NCBI GenBank assembly: GCA_047967505.1
Contig: CM106538.1
DNA length: 64,000 nucleotides
Strand: one strand, 5' to 3'
Origin: Dipteris shenzhenensis
Lineage: Eukaryota
Within the stretch, counting starts at the first letter, position 1. Each line of letters begins with the position of its first letter. Shown here in pieces: positions 26,701-36,909 of this stretch. The notes under the pieces were generated by a model, which saw only the letters and a list, made by a program, of their open reading frames with translations, was not told where the DNA came from and made no database searches. The position numbers and the translations under genes are program-made.

Positions 26701-28435
26701 GACACTAAGGCAAAAACGGTGTTTTATGCTTGATCGACAAAGCAAAGCATATCCGATGGGCACAATACTTTGCACACACATTAAACTAGGTGGAATTGAC
26801 TTACATGCAAAGTGGCACACCCATCCCATAACTACTTCATTGGATGACCTACCTAGCAATGTGTTTTTTTATGGATGTGCATGACACTAAGGCCAAAATG
26901 GTATTTAATCCTTGATCGACCATGCAAAGGATATCCGATGGGCATAATACTTTTCCTATGCCTCAACCTAGGTGGTATTGACTTGTTCTCAAAGAGTCAT
27001 ACCCATCCGATAAGTACTTGGTTGTATGACACACCTAAGGGCGTGTTTTTTTTCGGATGTGCATATCACTAGGGGAAAAATAGTGTATAATGCATGATCG
27101 ACCATGGAAAGCATATTCATGGTCACAATAATTTGCACGCATCTCAACCTAGTTGAAATGGACTTGCGTGCAAAGTGGAGCTCCCATCTAAGAAGTACTT
27201 GTTTGAATAACACACTAGGACCGTGTTTTTTTATGGTTGTTCATGACATTAAGGCAAAAACGGTATATTATGCTTGATCCACAATGCAAAGCATATCCGA
27301 TGGGCACAATACTTTGCACAAACCTTAAATTAGGTGGAATTAACTTACATGCAAAGTGGCGCACCCATCCCATAACTACTTGATCGGATAACATACCTAG
27401 CATCGTGGTTTTTTATGGATGTGCATGACACTAAGGCAAAAATGGTATTTAATGCTTGATCAACCATGCAAAGGATATCCAATGGGCACAAAACTTTTCC
27501 TATGCCTCAACCTAGGTGGTATTGACTTGTTTTTAAAGTCACACCCATTCGATAAGTACTTGGTTATATAACACACCTAAGGGAGTGTTTTTTTACGGAT
27601 GTACATATCACTAGGGGAAAAACGGTGAATAATGCGTGATCGACCATGCATATCCGATGGGCACAATACTTTTCCTATGCCTCAACCTAGGTGGTATTGA
27701 CTTGTTTTCAAAGAGGCACACCCATCTGATAAGTACTTGCTCAGATAACACACCTAAGGGCATGTTTTTTTATGGATGTTCATATCATTAGGGAGAAAGT
27801 AGTGTATAATGCGTGATCGACCATGCAAAGCATATCTGATGGTCACAATACTTTGAACGCACCTCAACCTAGTTGAAACTCACTTGCGTGCAAAGTGTAG
27901 CTCCCATCTGAGAAGTACTTGTTTGGATAACACACCTAGGACCGTGTTTTTTTATGGTTGTGCATGACACTAAGGCAAAAACGGTGTTTTATGCTTGATC
28001 GACAATGCAAAGCATATCTGATGGGCACAATACTTTACAAACACCTTAAACTAGGTGGAATTGACTTACATGTAAAGTGGCGCACCCATCCCATAAGTAC
28101 TTATTCAAATAACACATCTAGGACCTTGTTTTTATAGTTGTGCATGACACTAAGGCAAAAACGGTGTATAATGTAGGATTGCCTATGCAAAGCATATCTA
28201 ATGGAAAAAATAGTTTGCATATCCGTGAACCTATGTGGTGTTGAGTTTCATGCAAAGTGATGCTTCCATACCATAAGTACTTGTTCGGATAACATACCTA
28301 GGAGCACGTTTTTTAACTGTAGTGTATATCACAAGGATGAAAATGTTGTATAATGCATGATTAACAATGTAAATCATATCCGATGGGCATTATACTTTGC
28401 GCACACCTCAACCTAGGTAGTATTGATTTGTGTGC
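20781..28435 (+). repeat. Tandem satellite with a 182-bp monomer and about 546-bp trimeric higher-order repeat (left part, about 40 monomers)
   Basis: aagtact recurs every 182 bp (21141, 21323). The variant tggtatttaa recurs at 21601, 22146, 22692, 23238 and 23779, a period of about 546. Confidence 0.96.
24227..24625 (-). mobile_element. About 400-bp retroelement-like fragment (leader plus possible gag N-terminus) inserted in the satellite
   Basis: Interrupts the monomer ttgact|(ta)catgcaaag with no TSD. The minus-strand ORF begins MHLRSGRIL, a motif typical of Gypsy gag N-termini. Confidence 0.6.
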
Positions 28436-29355
28436 TGTTATGGATAAAATTGTCTAAGGAAAAAGGCATTAATATGTATGTGTGTTTGTATATGTGGCAA
28501 TAGTATAATAAAATATGATGTGCATAGGGCCCAAGGTTGAGGTGGCAGGGCATGACCATGTGCCACCCTTCCATGTAAGAGGACCCATAAGGTGTGTTGT
28601 ACATAATCCATGATAGTAATATTATAAAATGCAAGGTGGCATGGCTCCTCCATGTGCCACCCCTCCACCTAGACTGCATTTAGTGAGATATGGCTCAAAG
28701 TCCATGGGAGAAGCAATATAAAATAGGTGGAGATGGCTATTATATTGAGTTATTCCCTCCATATGGGATAGGCCCATGTGGGGGAGGTATAGAAGGTCTA
28801 AGAGAGCAAGTTAAATAATGGGGAAAGTAGGATGAGGTGGCAAGATTCCTTGTGCCAGCCCTCCACTTGTCCTCCTAGAGGTTTGAACATATTATAAAAT
28901 TGGAAAGAGACCAAGGGAGTATCATAGACTTGAGATATGGGGCTTGATTTATGTGGAAAATTGAGGCAAAGGGTTGTCGCACACAATTGAGAGTGCGTAA
29001 CCACCTAGCTCACATGGGAGACTTTTCCACACACACCATGCATGTGGGAGGATACATTAATGTGGAGAGACCCCCTCTTTTGATATTTCCTCTCATTCCT
29101 TTCTTTCAAATAAAGTATGGTTCTCTTCCCTTGATGTCTCCATCTCTACATTCCTCCTCCTACCACGTACATGCTTCTCTTCCCCTTCTCCTTTTCCCCT
29201 TGTGTCATAGTCTCCCTCTTCCTTCCCTCCATTTCTAATTCCTTTTTCCCTCCTATGACAACCGTTCGCTCTCATGATCTCCTTTTCTCCATGGCCCTTG
29301 AGCGTCGCCATGCCTAGCCTCTAGCCTCTGGTCTCGGTTTCTTTTCTAGCTAATA
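28436..29355 (+). repeat. Gypsy 5' LTR (920 bp), lacking a 71-bp TATA-containing segment
   Basis: TGTTA...TAATA termini; about 8 substitutions versus the 3' LTR by eye. Confidence 0.96.
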
Positions 29356-29359
29356 GATT

Positions 29360-29398
29360 TGGTGTGGCTGCTGGGATTCGAGCCCAGGTCTCCACGGC
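29360..29398 (+). promoter_or_regulatory. Extended primer-binding site: 39-nt antisense copy of the 3' half of tRNA-His(GTG), including CCA
   Basis: TGGTGTGGCTGCTGGGATTCGAGCCCAGGTCTCCACGGC is the reverse complement of GCCGTGG-AGAC-CTGGG-CTCGAAT-CCCAG-CAGCCAC-A-CCA. The T-arm stem-loop is visible directly; the His assignment rests on my recollection of plant cytosolic tRNA-His. Confidence 0.88.
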
Positions 29399-29496
29399 TA
29401 GTGGCGAATCTTCTACTCATATGGGTCACATCTATAAAACTATACCATTTGTGCTCTTTCTAAGCTATTGCGCGTGCATTTGATTCGCGTGTCTCC

Positions 29497-29700
29497 TGTG
29501 CGACAGTTTTTTTTCGGGACTGCTGCAACTTCTGGTTGCGGATAGTTTTCTGTGTTCACCCGCGCGACAGTTCTCTGGACTGCTGCAACTTCTGGTTGCG
29601 GACAGTTTTCTGCGTTCACCCGCGCGACAGTTCTCTGGACTGCTGCAGCTTCTGGTTGCGGACAGTTTCTGCATTCACCTGCGCGACAGTTCTCTGGACT
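29497..29700 (+). repeat. 60-bp tandem repeat (about 3.4 copies) in the Gypsy leader
   Basis: tgctgca(a/g)cttctggttgcgga...cgcgcgacagttctctggac starts at 29521, 29581 and 29641. Confidence 0.93.
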
Positions 29701-30059
29701 AACAGCAGATCCCGCGCCCCCCCTCTCTCTTCTCTTCCTCTCTTTCTCTTTCTCTTTCTCTTTCTCCTCTCCTCTCTTTTTATTAAAGAGTAGGATTGGA
29801 ACCCAAGACCTCCCCCTTCACAAAAGAAAGTCTTATCATTGGGACAACAAGTTGGAAGTGGTAAAAATGTAATGATTTTTGTTCATATATTGAAATCGCG
29901 GGAACTGTAACTCTCTAACCGTAGGGAGTTTGCTCTTGCTGTAAAAAGCAAAAATACTTCATTTTATGTGCTCTATCCACATCTCTTGCTAGATCGCCGA
30001 TTCAGAACTTCTCCAAGCTCACTTCACGGATGCACGCCACACGAGAAGGGTGGACATTT

Positions 30060-30470
30060 ATGTCACTTCTCGACGTGTTTAAGGAGTTGGTGCCTGTTTC
30101 TCCGCACCTTACGGCTACCAATGCATGAGATGTCTTCCTTGATCTTCATGTCGACCTTCAACAGCTGATTGTCCAGTGCATTATTGAAGGAGATGACGGG
30201 TGGAATGATACACTATGGATGATTCATGGTGAAGAACTACTGATACGCTGGGAGGATTTTGACTTTACTTCTACTCATTGTGCAGTGATCGAACTACTTG
30301 CTGCTTCAGAGGTAATTAAAACGGTGTCCTTCATCGAAGGGTGGGATGCTCCCCAAGCTTGGGGGGAGATTTGGTGCATCTGCTTGTTGATTCCTGTGGA
30401 TAAGCTCGTCCTGAATGGTTTATTCACAATCTCATTACAAAGGTTTCTAGGCCTCGGCTATGGTTGGTAA
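30060..30470 (+). pseudogene. Accessory ORF A, unknown protein of about 136 aa with one internal TGA
   Basis: MSLLDVFKELVPVSPHLTATNA*DVFLDLHVDLQQLIVQCIIEGDDGWNDTLWMIHGEELLIRWEDFDF...CLLIPVDKLVL...GYGW*. Homologous to 46455-46830 on the minus strand. Confidence 0.8.
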
Positions 30471-30694
30471 TGTTTCGACCAAGGAATCCATTTGTACCTA
30501 ATCAGTCTTTTGTGCCTCATTTCGAGCTTCAAATTGTAATTCTTTTTGGGCTTAAGATAAACTATCAACAAAGGATTGCAAGCTTATTTGGTGTTGAACG
30601 TTTGGCTCAAGTGTTGAATTCTCCCCACCCTCTCCTCCTACCTATCTTGGACTACCGAGAAACTTGGGATGTCCGAATTTTAGTCTTGGTGTGA
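30470..30694 (+). CDS. Accessory ORF B, 74-aa unknown protein
   Basis: Its ATG overlaps the ORF A stop (TAATG, 30468-30472) and its stop overlaps the RNase H ATG (TGATG, 30692-30696). Confidence 0.6.
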   Translation: MFRPRNPFVPNQSFVPHFELQIVILFGLKINYQQRIASLFGVERLAQVLNSPHPLLLPILDYRETWDVRILVLV

Positions 30695-31158
30695 TGACAT
30701 CTTGGATTCTTCAATTTGATGGAGCTTACAAACCTTCGACCAAGGCGGCTGGCGTGGGTGTGAAGCTCACTTCACCGGGTGGTGAGGAGTATTGTTACAG
30801 CAAGTCTTCACCCACAAGTACTTACAATCAAGCTGAGTACTCGGCGCTCATTTTTGGGCTACAAAAGGCACAAGAACATCATGCCAAGTAATTGGAGGTG
30901 CAAGGAGATTCTCAACTAGTGTGTGAACAAGTTAGTGGAAGGTGGAAGATGCGGAGCAAAGGCTTGGTTCCACGACATCAACAAGCCTTGGAACTTTGCA
31001 ACCAATTTGAAGAGGTAAAAATTCAGCATATCCCTCGAGCTCGAAATCTTGTTGCTGATTTCTTGGCACGTGAAGCTTGTACTTCAATCACGCATGATGC
31101 GAGTGGAAGCGCCACCCCAACAAAGCCGCAAGCCACGAAGGAGGGTGATCATTTGTAA
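30694..31158 (+). pseudogene. Stand-alone archaeal-type RNase HI (aRH) with one internal TAA at 30889-30891
   Basis: WILQFDGA, AGVGV, TYNQAEYSALIFGL, VQGDSQLVCEQVSGRW and HIPRARNLVADFLA: all four D-E-D-D catalytic residues plus the Arg typical of archaeal-type RNase H. Confidence 0.93.
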
Positions 31159-31294
31159 GGAATGCAAAGGTTGTGGTCATCATGAAACTAAGTGTTGGGC
31201 ATACTTAATACGAGTTCATCGACTTCGGAAGATCATCAGGAGGGTTCTCAAGGACATTGCTCAAAAGAAGGATGCCAGACCGCACACCCCTTGA
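31094..31294 (+). CDS. Accessory ORF D, 66-aa basic protein with a CCHC zinc-knuckle-like motif
   Basis: MMRVEAPPQQSRKPRRRVIICKECKGCGHHETKCWAYLIRVHRLRKIIRRV; CxxCxxxGHxxxxC spacing; overlaps the aRH 3' end. Confidence 0.55.
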   Translation: MMRVEAPPQQSRKPRRRVIICKECKGCGHHETKCWAYLIRVHRLRKIIRRVLKDIAQKKDARPHTP

Positions 31295-31436
31295 AGAAAT
31301 AGCATGGCGACTACAAGAACTGGAAGAAGCTGAAGGTGATGTGCAAGCTCTCCAACTGTTGACATTTGTCATGGCATTCTTGTTTGCCGTGATGAACAAC
31401 CTCATGCAACGCCGCGCCTCTAACCCTCGCTTGTAA
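31272..31436 (+). CDS. Accessory ORF E, 54-aa peptide with an acidic helix and a hydrophobic segment
   Basis: MPDRTPLEEIAWRLQELEEAEGDVQALQLLTFVMAFLFAVMNNLMQRRASNPRL*; overlaps the end of ORF D; shorter than the ORFs listed in the track. Confidence 0.4.
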   Translation: MPDRTPLEEIAWRLQELEEAEGDVQALQLLTFVMAFLFAVMNNLMQRRASNPRL

Positions 31437-31651
31437 AGATCGATGTGATATCATGAGGGTTGGTCCTTTTAAGATTGTCTATGTGCTATTCTATGCTGAA
31501 GATTCTTCTCGTGTAATATTTCACACTACACCAGTCACACCCTACCCTGCCTATGTGTGCTTTTTGGATGTATCTTCACCCGATTTTCAGTTCAAGCTTC
31601 CTCTTACTATTGTTCGTCCATAGATAAGCCCCTCTTTTCCATCTTCCAAGC

Positions 31652-32600
31652 ATGGCTAACATTCCCGTGTTTTGTGGACGGGTAGAAGAAAATCCAAATG
31701 AGTATCTTGTGGCCTTCAAGCGCCGTTGTATTTCTCTCAACTTTCTTACTGAAGACAGATGGCTATTGGTTCTTTCCACATTTCTAGAGGGTTTGGCTCA
31801 AGTGTGGTATGAGAAGCAAGCCGAAGACGTTCGCTAAAGCTGGCCAAGGTTGACAGCAGCAATGATTGAGTATTTCGGCAAAGAAGCGGAGTCGGAGAAT
31901 GTGTACTTGCAGGTGGCAAACTTGAAGCAGTCAGAAGGTGAGACGGCACGTCAATATGTGGATCAAGCGGCCGTGCTCCTGGACCGTTTGATTGCCACAC
32001 AAGAGGACAATGCCGGGTTTCGAGCTGGAATGACTCAGCATGTGTTGGGCTACCTTGTAGCAGGAGCGAGTGATGAATTCCGCCTCAAGCTTAAATGGGA
32101 GAATCCAGAAACTATGGTGCTAGCACATGAGATTGCTCAAAAGTTTGATAAAGTTTAGTCTGGACCCCGCTTCAAAGAAGATGATTGTCCCTCCGCAACC
32201 CCCTCAATTCCTGCAACAACAACTTGGGGGGTCTAACTCAGGGGCATACCCCCACCCCTCATCAAGGATGTATCCACCGCCTCCACCTCAAATGTATGGT
32301 CCTCCCTTAGATGCTTACCCTCAATAAGGTGGATATCCTCACCCTCCGCCTCGAAGATTTCCCCAACCTCGCCCACGAGCCCCCCTCCTCTCTACTCCCA
32401 TGGCCCCTCCAACTAAAGAGGCCCCCCTTGCAACAGAACCTGGAGTCAATGACCTAGCCAAGGCCCTGAATGATCTTCGGCTTGAGATGGTGGGCATCAG
32501 AAATCAAGCCAACCGCCCTCCAAGAGACCGTGCTAATGTTGTATTTATGAGTGCCATCAGAAGGGTCATTATCGCACAGAATGTCCCAATATTCCAAGGG
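31652..32600 (+). pseudogene. Gypsy gag with stops and frameshifts
   Basis: IPVFCG...ENPNEYLVAF, FLEGLAQVWY, LKQSEGETARQY, a proline-rich linker and a zinc-knuckle remnant YECHQKGHYRTECP near 32545-32586. Confidence 0.9.
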
Positions 32601-35600
32601 TGAATCTTCTAAGTGAGTCGGGCACTGAGGATTTTGATGTAGAGATCCTCGACCTCGGGAAAAGAAGTCGTGCCACCTCGGACCCCTCTCCAAACCATGG
32701 ACCGGGCCGCCCCAGGAAGAAGGTGTCCTTCTTAGAGCCGTCAGATGCTGAGATGGCAGACCCACCAACAGAGAAGACTAAAAGATCTCGCAGGAGTAAG
32801 TGGTCACCCTCGGATTTTCCCATCGGCTCAGGGCAAGAGGACTATTCGGTCGTTCAGGACCTTGCTCATCGGTCTTTGAGCATCACACTCCCTCAACTAA
32901 TAGCATTAAGCCCTAAGGTGAGACGTGGGTTGCAGCAAGGTCTCTCAACAAGGAAGAGCAAGAAAAAGGGAAAGGTACGAGAGGTATCTTCTATCTCTGA
33001 AGAAATTGATCGGCACCCACATACAGTAGATGTCATCATAGATAATTGCCGTGTCAAAAATGTGTGTGTTGATGGGGGAGCTGCATGTAATATCATGGTG
33101 CCCCGAATCATGAAGAAATTGAATTTGAAATGTACAAGGCATTCCTCCACTCGAATCAAGGTAGCAGATGGTCGACGACTCTCCACCATGGGAGTCATTG
33201 AGGATTTGCCCATCACTGTCAATCGGTTGACCACCACTGTTAATTTCTATGTAGTGGACATTGAAGATATAGGCCGAAGTTACCCAGCCATACTCGGGAG
33301 ACCATGGTTGAGAAAAAGTGATGCAGTCAGCTATTGGAAGACAGGACACATGTCTTTTGGTGCTTCGAAGGAGCAGATCCCAGTGCAACCTGGTGCCATG
33401 GAACCGGAAGAAGAAGAGGAGCATGACAGTGATACTATCTCATCTTCAGTGTCTGAGTCCACGGAAGAATCACACGGGGGGGAGGAATTCTCAGAGGAGG
33501 AAGTTTACATGATGGGGGTGTCTCCGACCCTACCACCTACAGAAAAGATAACAGCTAGTCCTCAACAGCTTGAATCTATGCTTTCCCCAGATCTCACTCC
33601 AAGTGAGAAAGATGAGTTTCTAGAAATGTTCAAAGATTTCCCTGACCTCTTTGCAACTAGCTACCACCACCTTCGCCATGTGACTACCATAGAGCACAAG
33701 ATAGAGCTGAAGCCAGATGCGAAGCCTGTGGCTCAGAAGTATCGGAGATTAGGGCCCCTGCAGACCGATGCTTTGCGCTTAGAGTTGCAGAAGCTTGTAG
33801 AGGCTGGGTTTATTGTTCCGGTTCACAATACTGAATGGGTTTCACCAGTGGTAGTCATCCCAAAGAAAAACAACAAGTGGCGGGTCTGCATCGACTATAA
33901 GAAACTCAATGCCGCCACCAAGAGGGATCATCATCCTCTGCCCTTTCAAGACCTCATTCTTGAGAAGGTAAGTGGTCATGAGATGTATACTTTCTGTGAT
34001 GGTTACTCTGGGTTTTATCAAATCAGAATTGCCGAGGAAGATGTGCTTAAAACCACATTTGCCACGCCCTGGGGGACATTTGCATTCAAAGTAATGCCAT
34101 TTGGCCTCACCAATGCTCCTGTTACCTTTCAAAGATTTATGCAGATGGTGTTTGCTCCTTATTTGGGGGATTTCTTGGAGGTGTTTTTAGATGATTTTTG
34201 TATATTCTTGTCACATAAGGAGCACAATCCAGACTGGTCAAAGACCTTCTATATCAATCCTGGGTTTGGTGAGCACACTCTGGCAGGTATTCTTCTCCAG
34301 CAAGGGGAGGATCGGTTCATGTATCCCGTTCGATTTGCTTCTCGACAATTGCTCGACACTGAGCGACGCTATTCAGAGGCCGACAAGCATGCCTTGTCTT
34401 TGGTGTTTTGCATTGAGAAATTTAAGCATTATGTGGCTGGAAAGTCCTTCTTTATACTCACTGGCACTGGTCTTGCAAAGCAGGTTCTTCAATCACCAAA
34501 TCCCATGGGCTAGTTGGCCAAATGGTTGGCAGTTCTACAAGAATATGATTTCTCTTTCAAAATTGTAAAAGGGGGTTGTTCCAACTTGAAGAATGCTTTG
34601 ATTGATTTAGAGGAGTGCCTTGATGTAACCCTTGTAGCAGCTTCTGAAGGAAAGGAGAAAGTAGTCAAAATCTTGTAGATACCACCATACCAAGGATCCC
34701 CAACTTGTATCCGCAGAGATAGTAGGCGCTACACCCTCCTTGATGGGGTGTTGTACTGTCAAGGCATGGATGGGGTACTCAGACGGGCCATTGATGCAGA
34801 TGGTGCCTGGATGGATTTTGTGGAGGCCACTATGCCAGTGACTATACAGCTAAGAAGATTTTACATGCTCGATACTATTGGCCGACCTTGTTCAAGGATG
34901 TCACTTTGTATTGCAAAACCTGTGAACCATGTCAATTCTTTGGTAGGAAGGATTTGCGTCCTGGGCAACATCACCCAGTAATGTCCATCCATCCGTTTCA
35001 GAAGTGGGGAATAGATTTTGTCGGGCCCTTGCCCATGACTGCCCGCAAAAAGAAGTATCTTTTGGTAGCCACTCAGTACGTCACTAAGTGGGCTGAAGCT
35101 ATCACCCTCTCTGCTGCAAATGGCAAGGCAATTTCAAATTTCATATTTGAACGTATCTGCACAAGGTTCGGGACACCCATGGAGATAGTCTCTGACCATG
35201 GGAGTCCATTCTTAAATGAAGCAGTGGAGTTACTCATGGATCGCATGGGCATTGATCATCACACTTCTAGCATCTATTATCCAGCATCCATGGGTCAAAA
35301 ACAGAGCGGACCAATGGCCTCCTTTGTAAAACCATGGGAAAAATGGCCGCAGGGAATAGGAGCCAATGGGATCACAAGGTCACTGAAGCCGTGTGGGCTT
35401 ACAACATCACTCATAAAACATCTACAGGTCACACTCCTTTTGAGTTGGTGTATGGTACTGAGGCAGTTTTACCACTAGAGATAGAGATTCCGGCCTTGAG
35501 ATTGGCACAGGAATAGAGGATGACAGAAGATGAACATGTAGAGGCTAGATTGGTACAACTTGAGAAGTTAGATGAGACCCGACGCCTTGCACTACACCAA

Positions 35601-35900
35601 ACAGAGATCCAAAAGAATCGACAAAAGGCCCGATTGGATGCTAAGATTCGCAAGGGATGGGAAGAGACTTTGCTGAGGGGGATGTTGTGCTATGCTTTGA
35701 TAACAGATTGGACCACCAAATGGATAAGAAGTTTCTGCCACTGTGGGCTGGTCCATACAAAGTCATCAAAGAACGTAGCAATGGGTCTGCACAAGTTCAG
35801 GAGCTACATGAACCATATGGCAAGAAGGTGATCAACAAGCGTTACCTCAAGCCTTTCTTTGTGCGTGATGGGCCCAGGCATGGAAATGCTGTGCATTCCC
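32600..35900 (+). pseudogene. Gypsy pol: protease, RT (C-terminal deletion), degenerate RNase H, integrase
   Basis: PR VDGGAACNIM and ILGRPWL; RT WVSPVVV, DYKKLN, DGYSGFYQI, MPFGLTNAP and FLDDF; RH region NPDWSKTF..RFASRQL; INT CKTCEPCQ, WGIDFVGP, IVSDHGSPF and WAGPYKV. Confidence 0.95.
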
Positions 35901-35905
35901 TGCCT

Positions 35906-35918
35906 GGGGGGGGGGAAC
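35906..35918 (+). promoter_or_regulatory. Polypurine tract
   Basis: GGGGGGGGGGAAC immediately before the 3' LTR TG. Confidence 0.9.
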
Positions 35919-36909
35919 TGTTATGGATAAAATTGTCTAAGGAAAAAGGCATTAATATGTATGTGTGTTTGTATATGTGGCAATAGTATAATAAAATATG
36001 GTGTGCATAGGGCCCAAGGTTGAGGTGGTAGGGCATGACCATGTGCCACCCTTCCATGTAAGAGGACCCATAAGGTGTGTTGTACATAATCCATGATAGT
36101 AATATTATAAAATGCAAGGTGGCATGGCTCCTCCATGTGCCACCCCTCCACCTAGACTGCATTTAGTGAGATATGGCTCAAAGTCCATGGGAGAAGCAAT
36201 ATAAAATAGGTGGAGATGGCTATTATATTGAGTTATTCCCTCCATATGGGATAGGCCCATGTGGGGGAGGTATAGAAGGTCTAAGAGAGCAAGTTAAATA
36301 ATGGGGAAAGTAGGATGAGGTGGCAAGATTACTTGTGCCAGCCCTCCACTTGTCCTCCTAGAGGTTTGAACATATTATAAAATTGGAAAGAGACCAAGGG
36401 AGTATCATAGACTTGAGATATGGGGCTTGATTTATGTGGAAAATTGAGGCAAAGGGTTGTCGCACACAATTGAGAGTGCGTAACCACCTAGCTCACATGG
36501 GAGACTTTTCCACACACACCATGCATGTGGGAGGAGACATTAATGTGGAGAGACCCCCTCTTTTGACTATAAAAGGAAGGGGCTATTCCTTGATGAGACA
36601 CGCTCATTCTTGTAAAGCCACCTAGCTAGTATTTTGATATTTCCTCTCATCCCTTTCTTTCAAATAAAGTATGGTTCTCTTCCCTTGATGTCTCCATCTC
36701 TACATTCCTCCTCCTACCACGTACATGCTTCTCTTCCCCCTCTCCTTTTCCCCTTGTGTCATAGTCTCCCTCTTCCTTCCCTCCATTTCTAATTCCTTTT
36801 TCCCTCCTATGACAACCGTTCGCTCTCATGATCTCCTTTTCTCCATGGCCCTTGAGCGTCGCCATGCCTAGCCTCTAGCCTCTGGTCTCAGTTTCTTTTC
36901 TGGCTAATA
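35919..36909 (+). repeat. Gypsy 3' LTR (991 bp)
   Basis: Near-identical to 28436-29355 plus 71 bp (36567-36637) containing TATAAAA. Confidence 0.96.

Larger units (their letters stand above)
28436..36909 (+). mobile_element. Ty3/Gypsy LTR retrotransposon (non-chromovirus, Tat-like) with an accessory ORF cluster and archaeal-type RNase H upstream of gag
   Basis: LTRs at 28436-29355 and 35919-36909, GTGC TSD (28432-28435 and 36910-36913), tRNA-His PBS, poly-G PPT, gag-PR-RT-RH-INT order, and no chromodomain seen. Confidence 0.96.

Noticed and set aside
21640-27403. Many similar 60-110 aa Cys/His-rich ORFs
   Set aside because: Translations of the 182-bp satellite; the monomer length is not a multiple of three and stops recur in each unit.
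20781-28435. CRISPR-like array
   Set aside because: Whole monomers repeat with no unique spacers, there are no cas genes, and the context is eukaryotic.
29360-29420. Functional tRNA-His gene
   Set aside because: Only the 3' half is present, it includes CCA, and it sits at the PBS position; the D-arm and 5' acceptor strand are missing.
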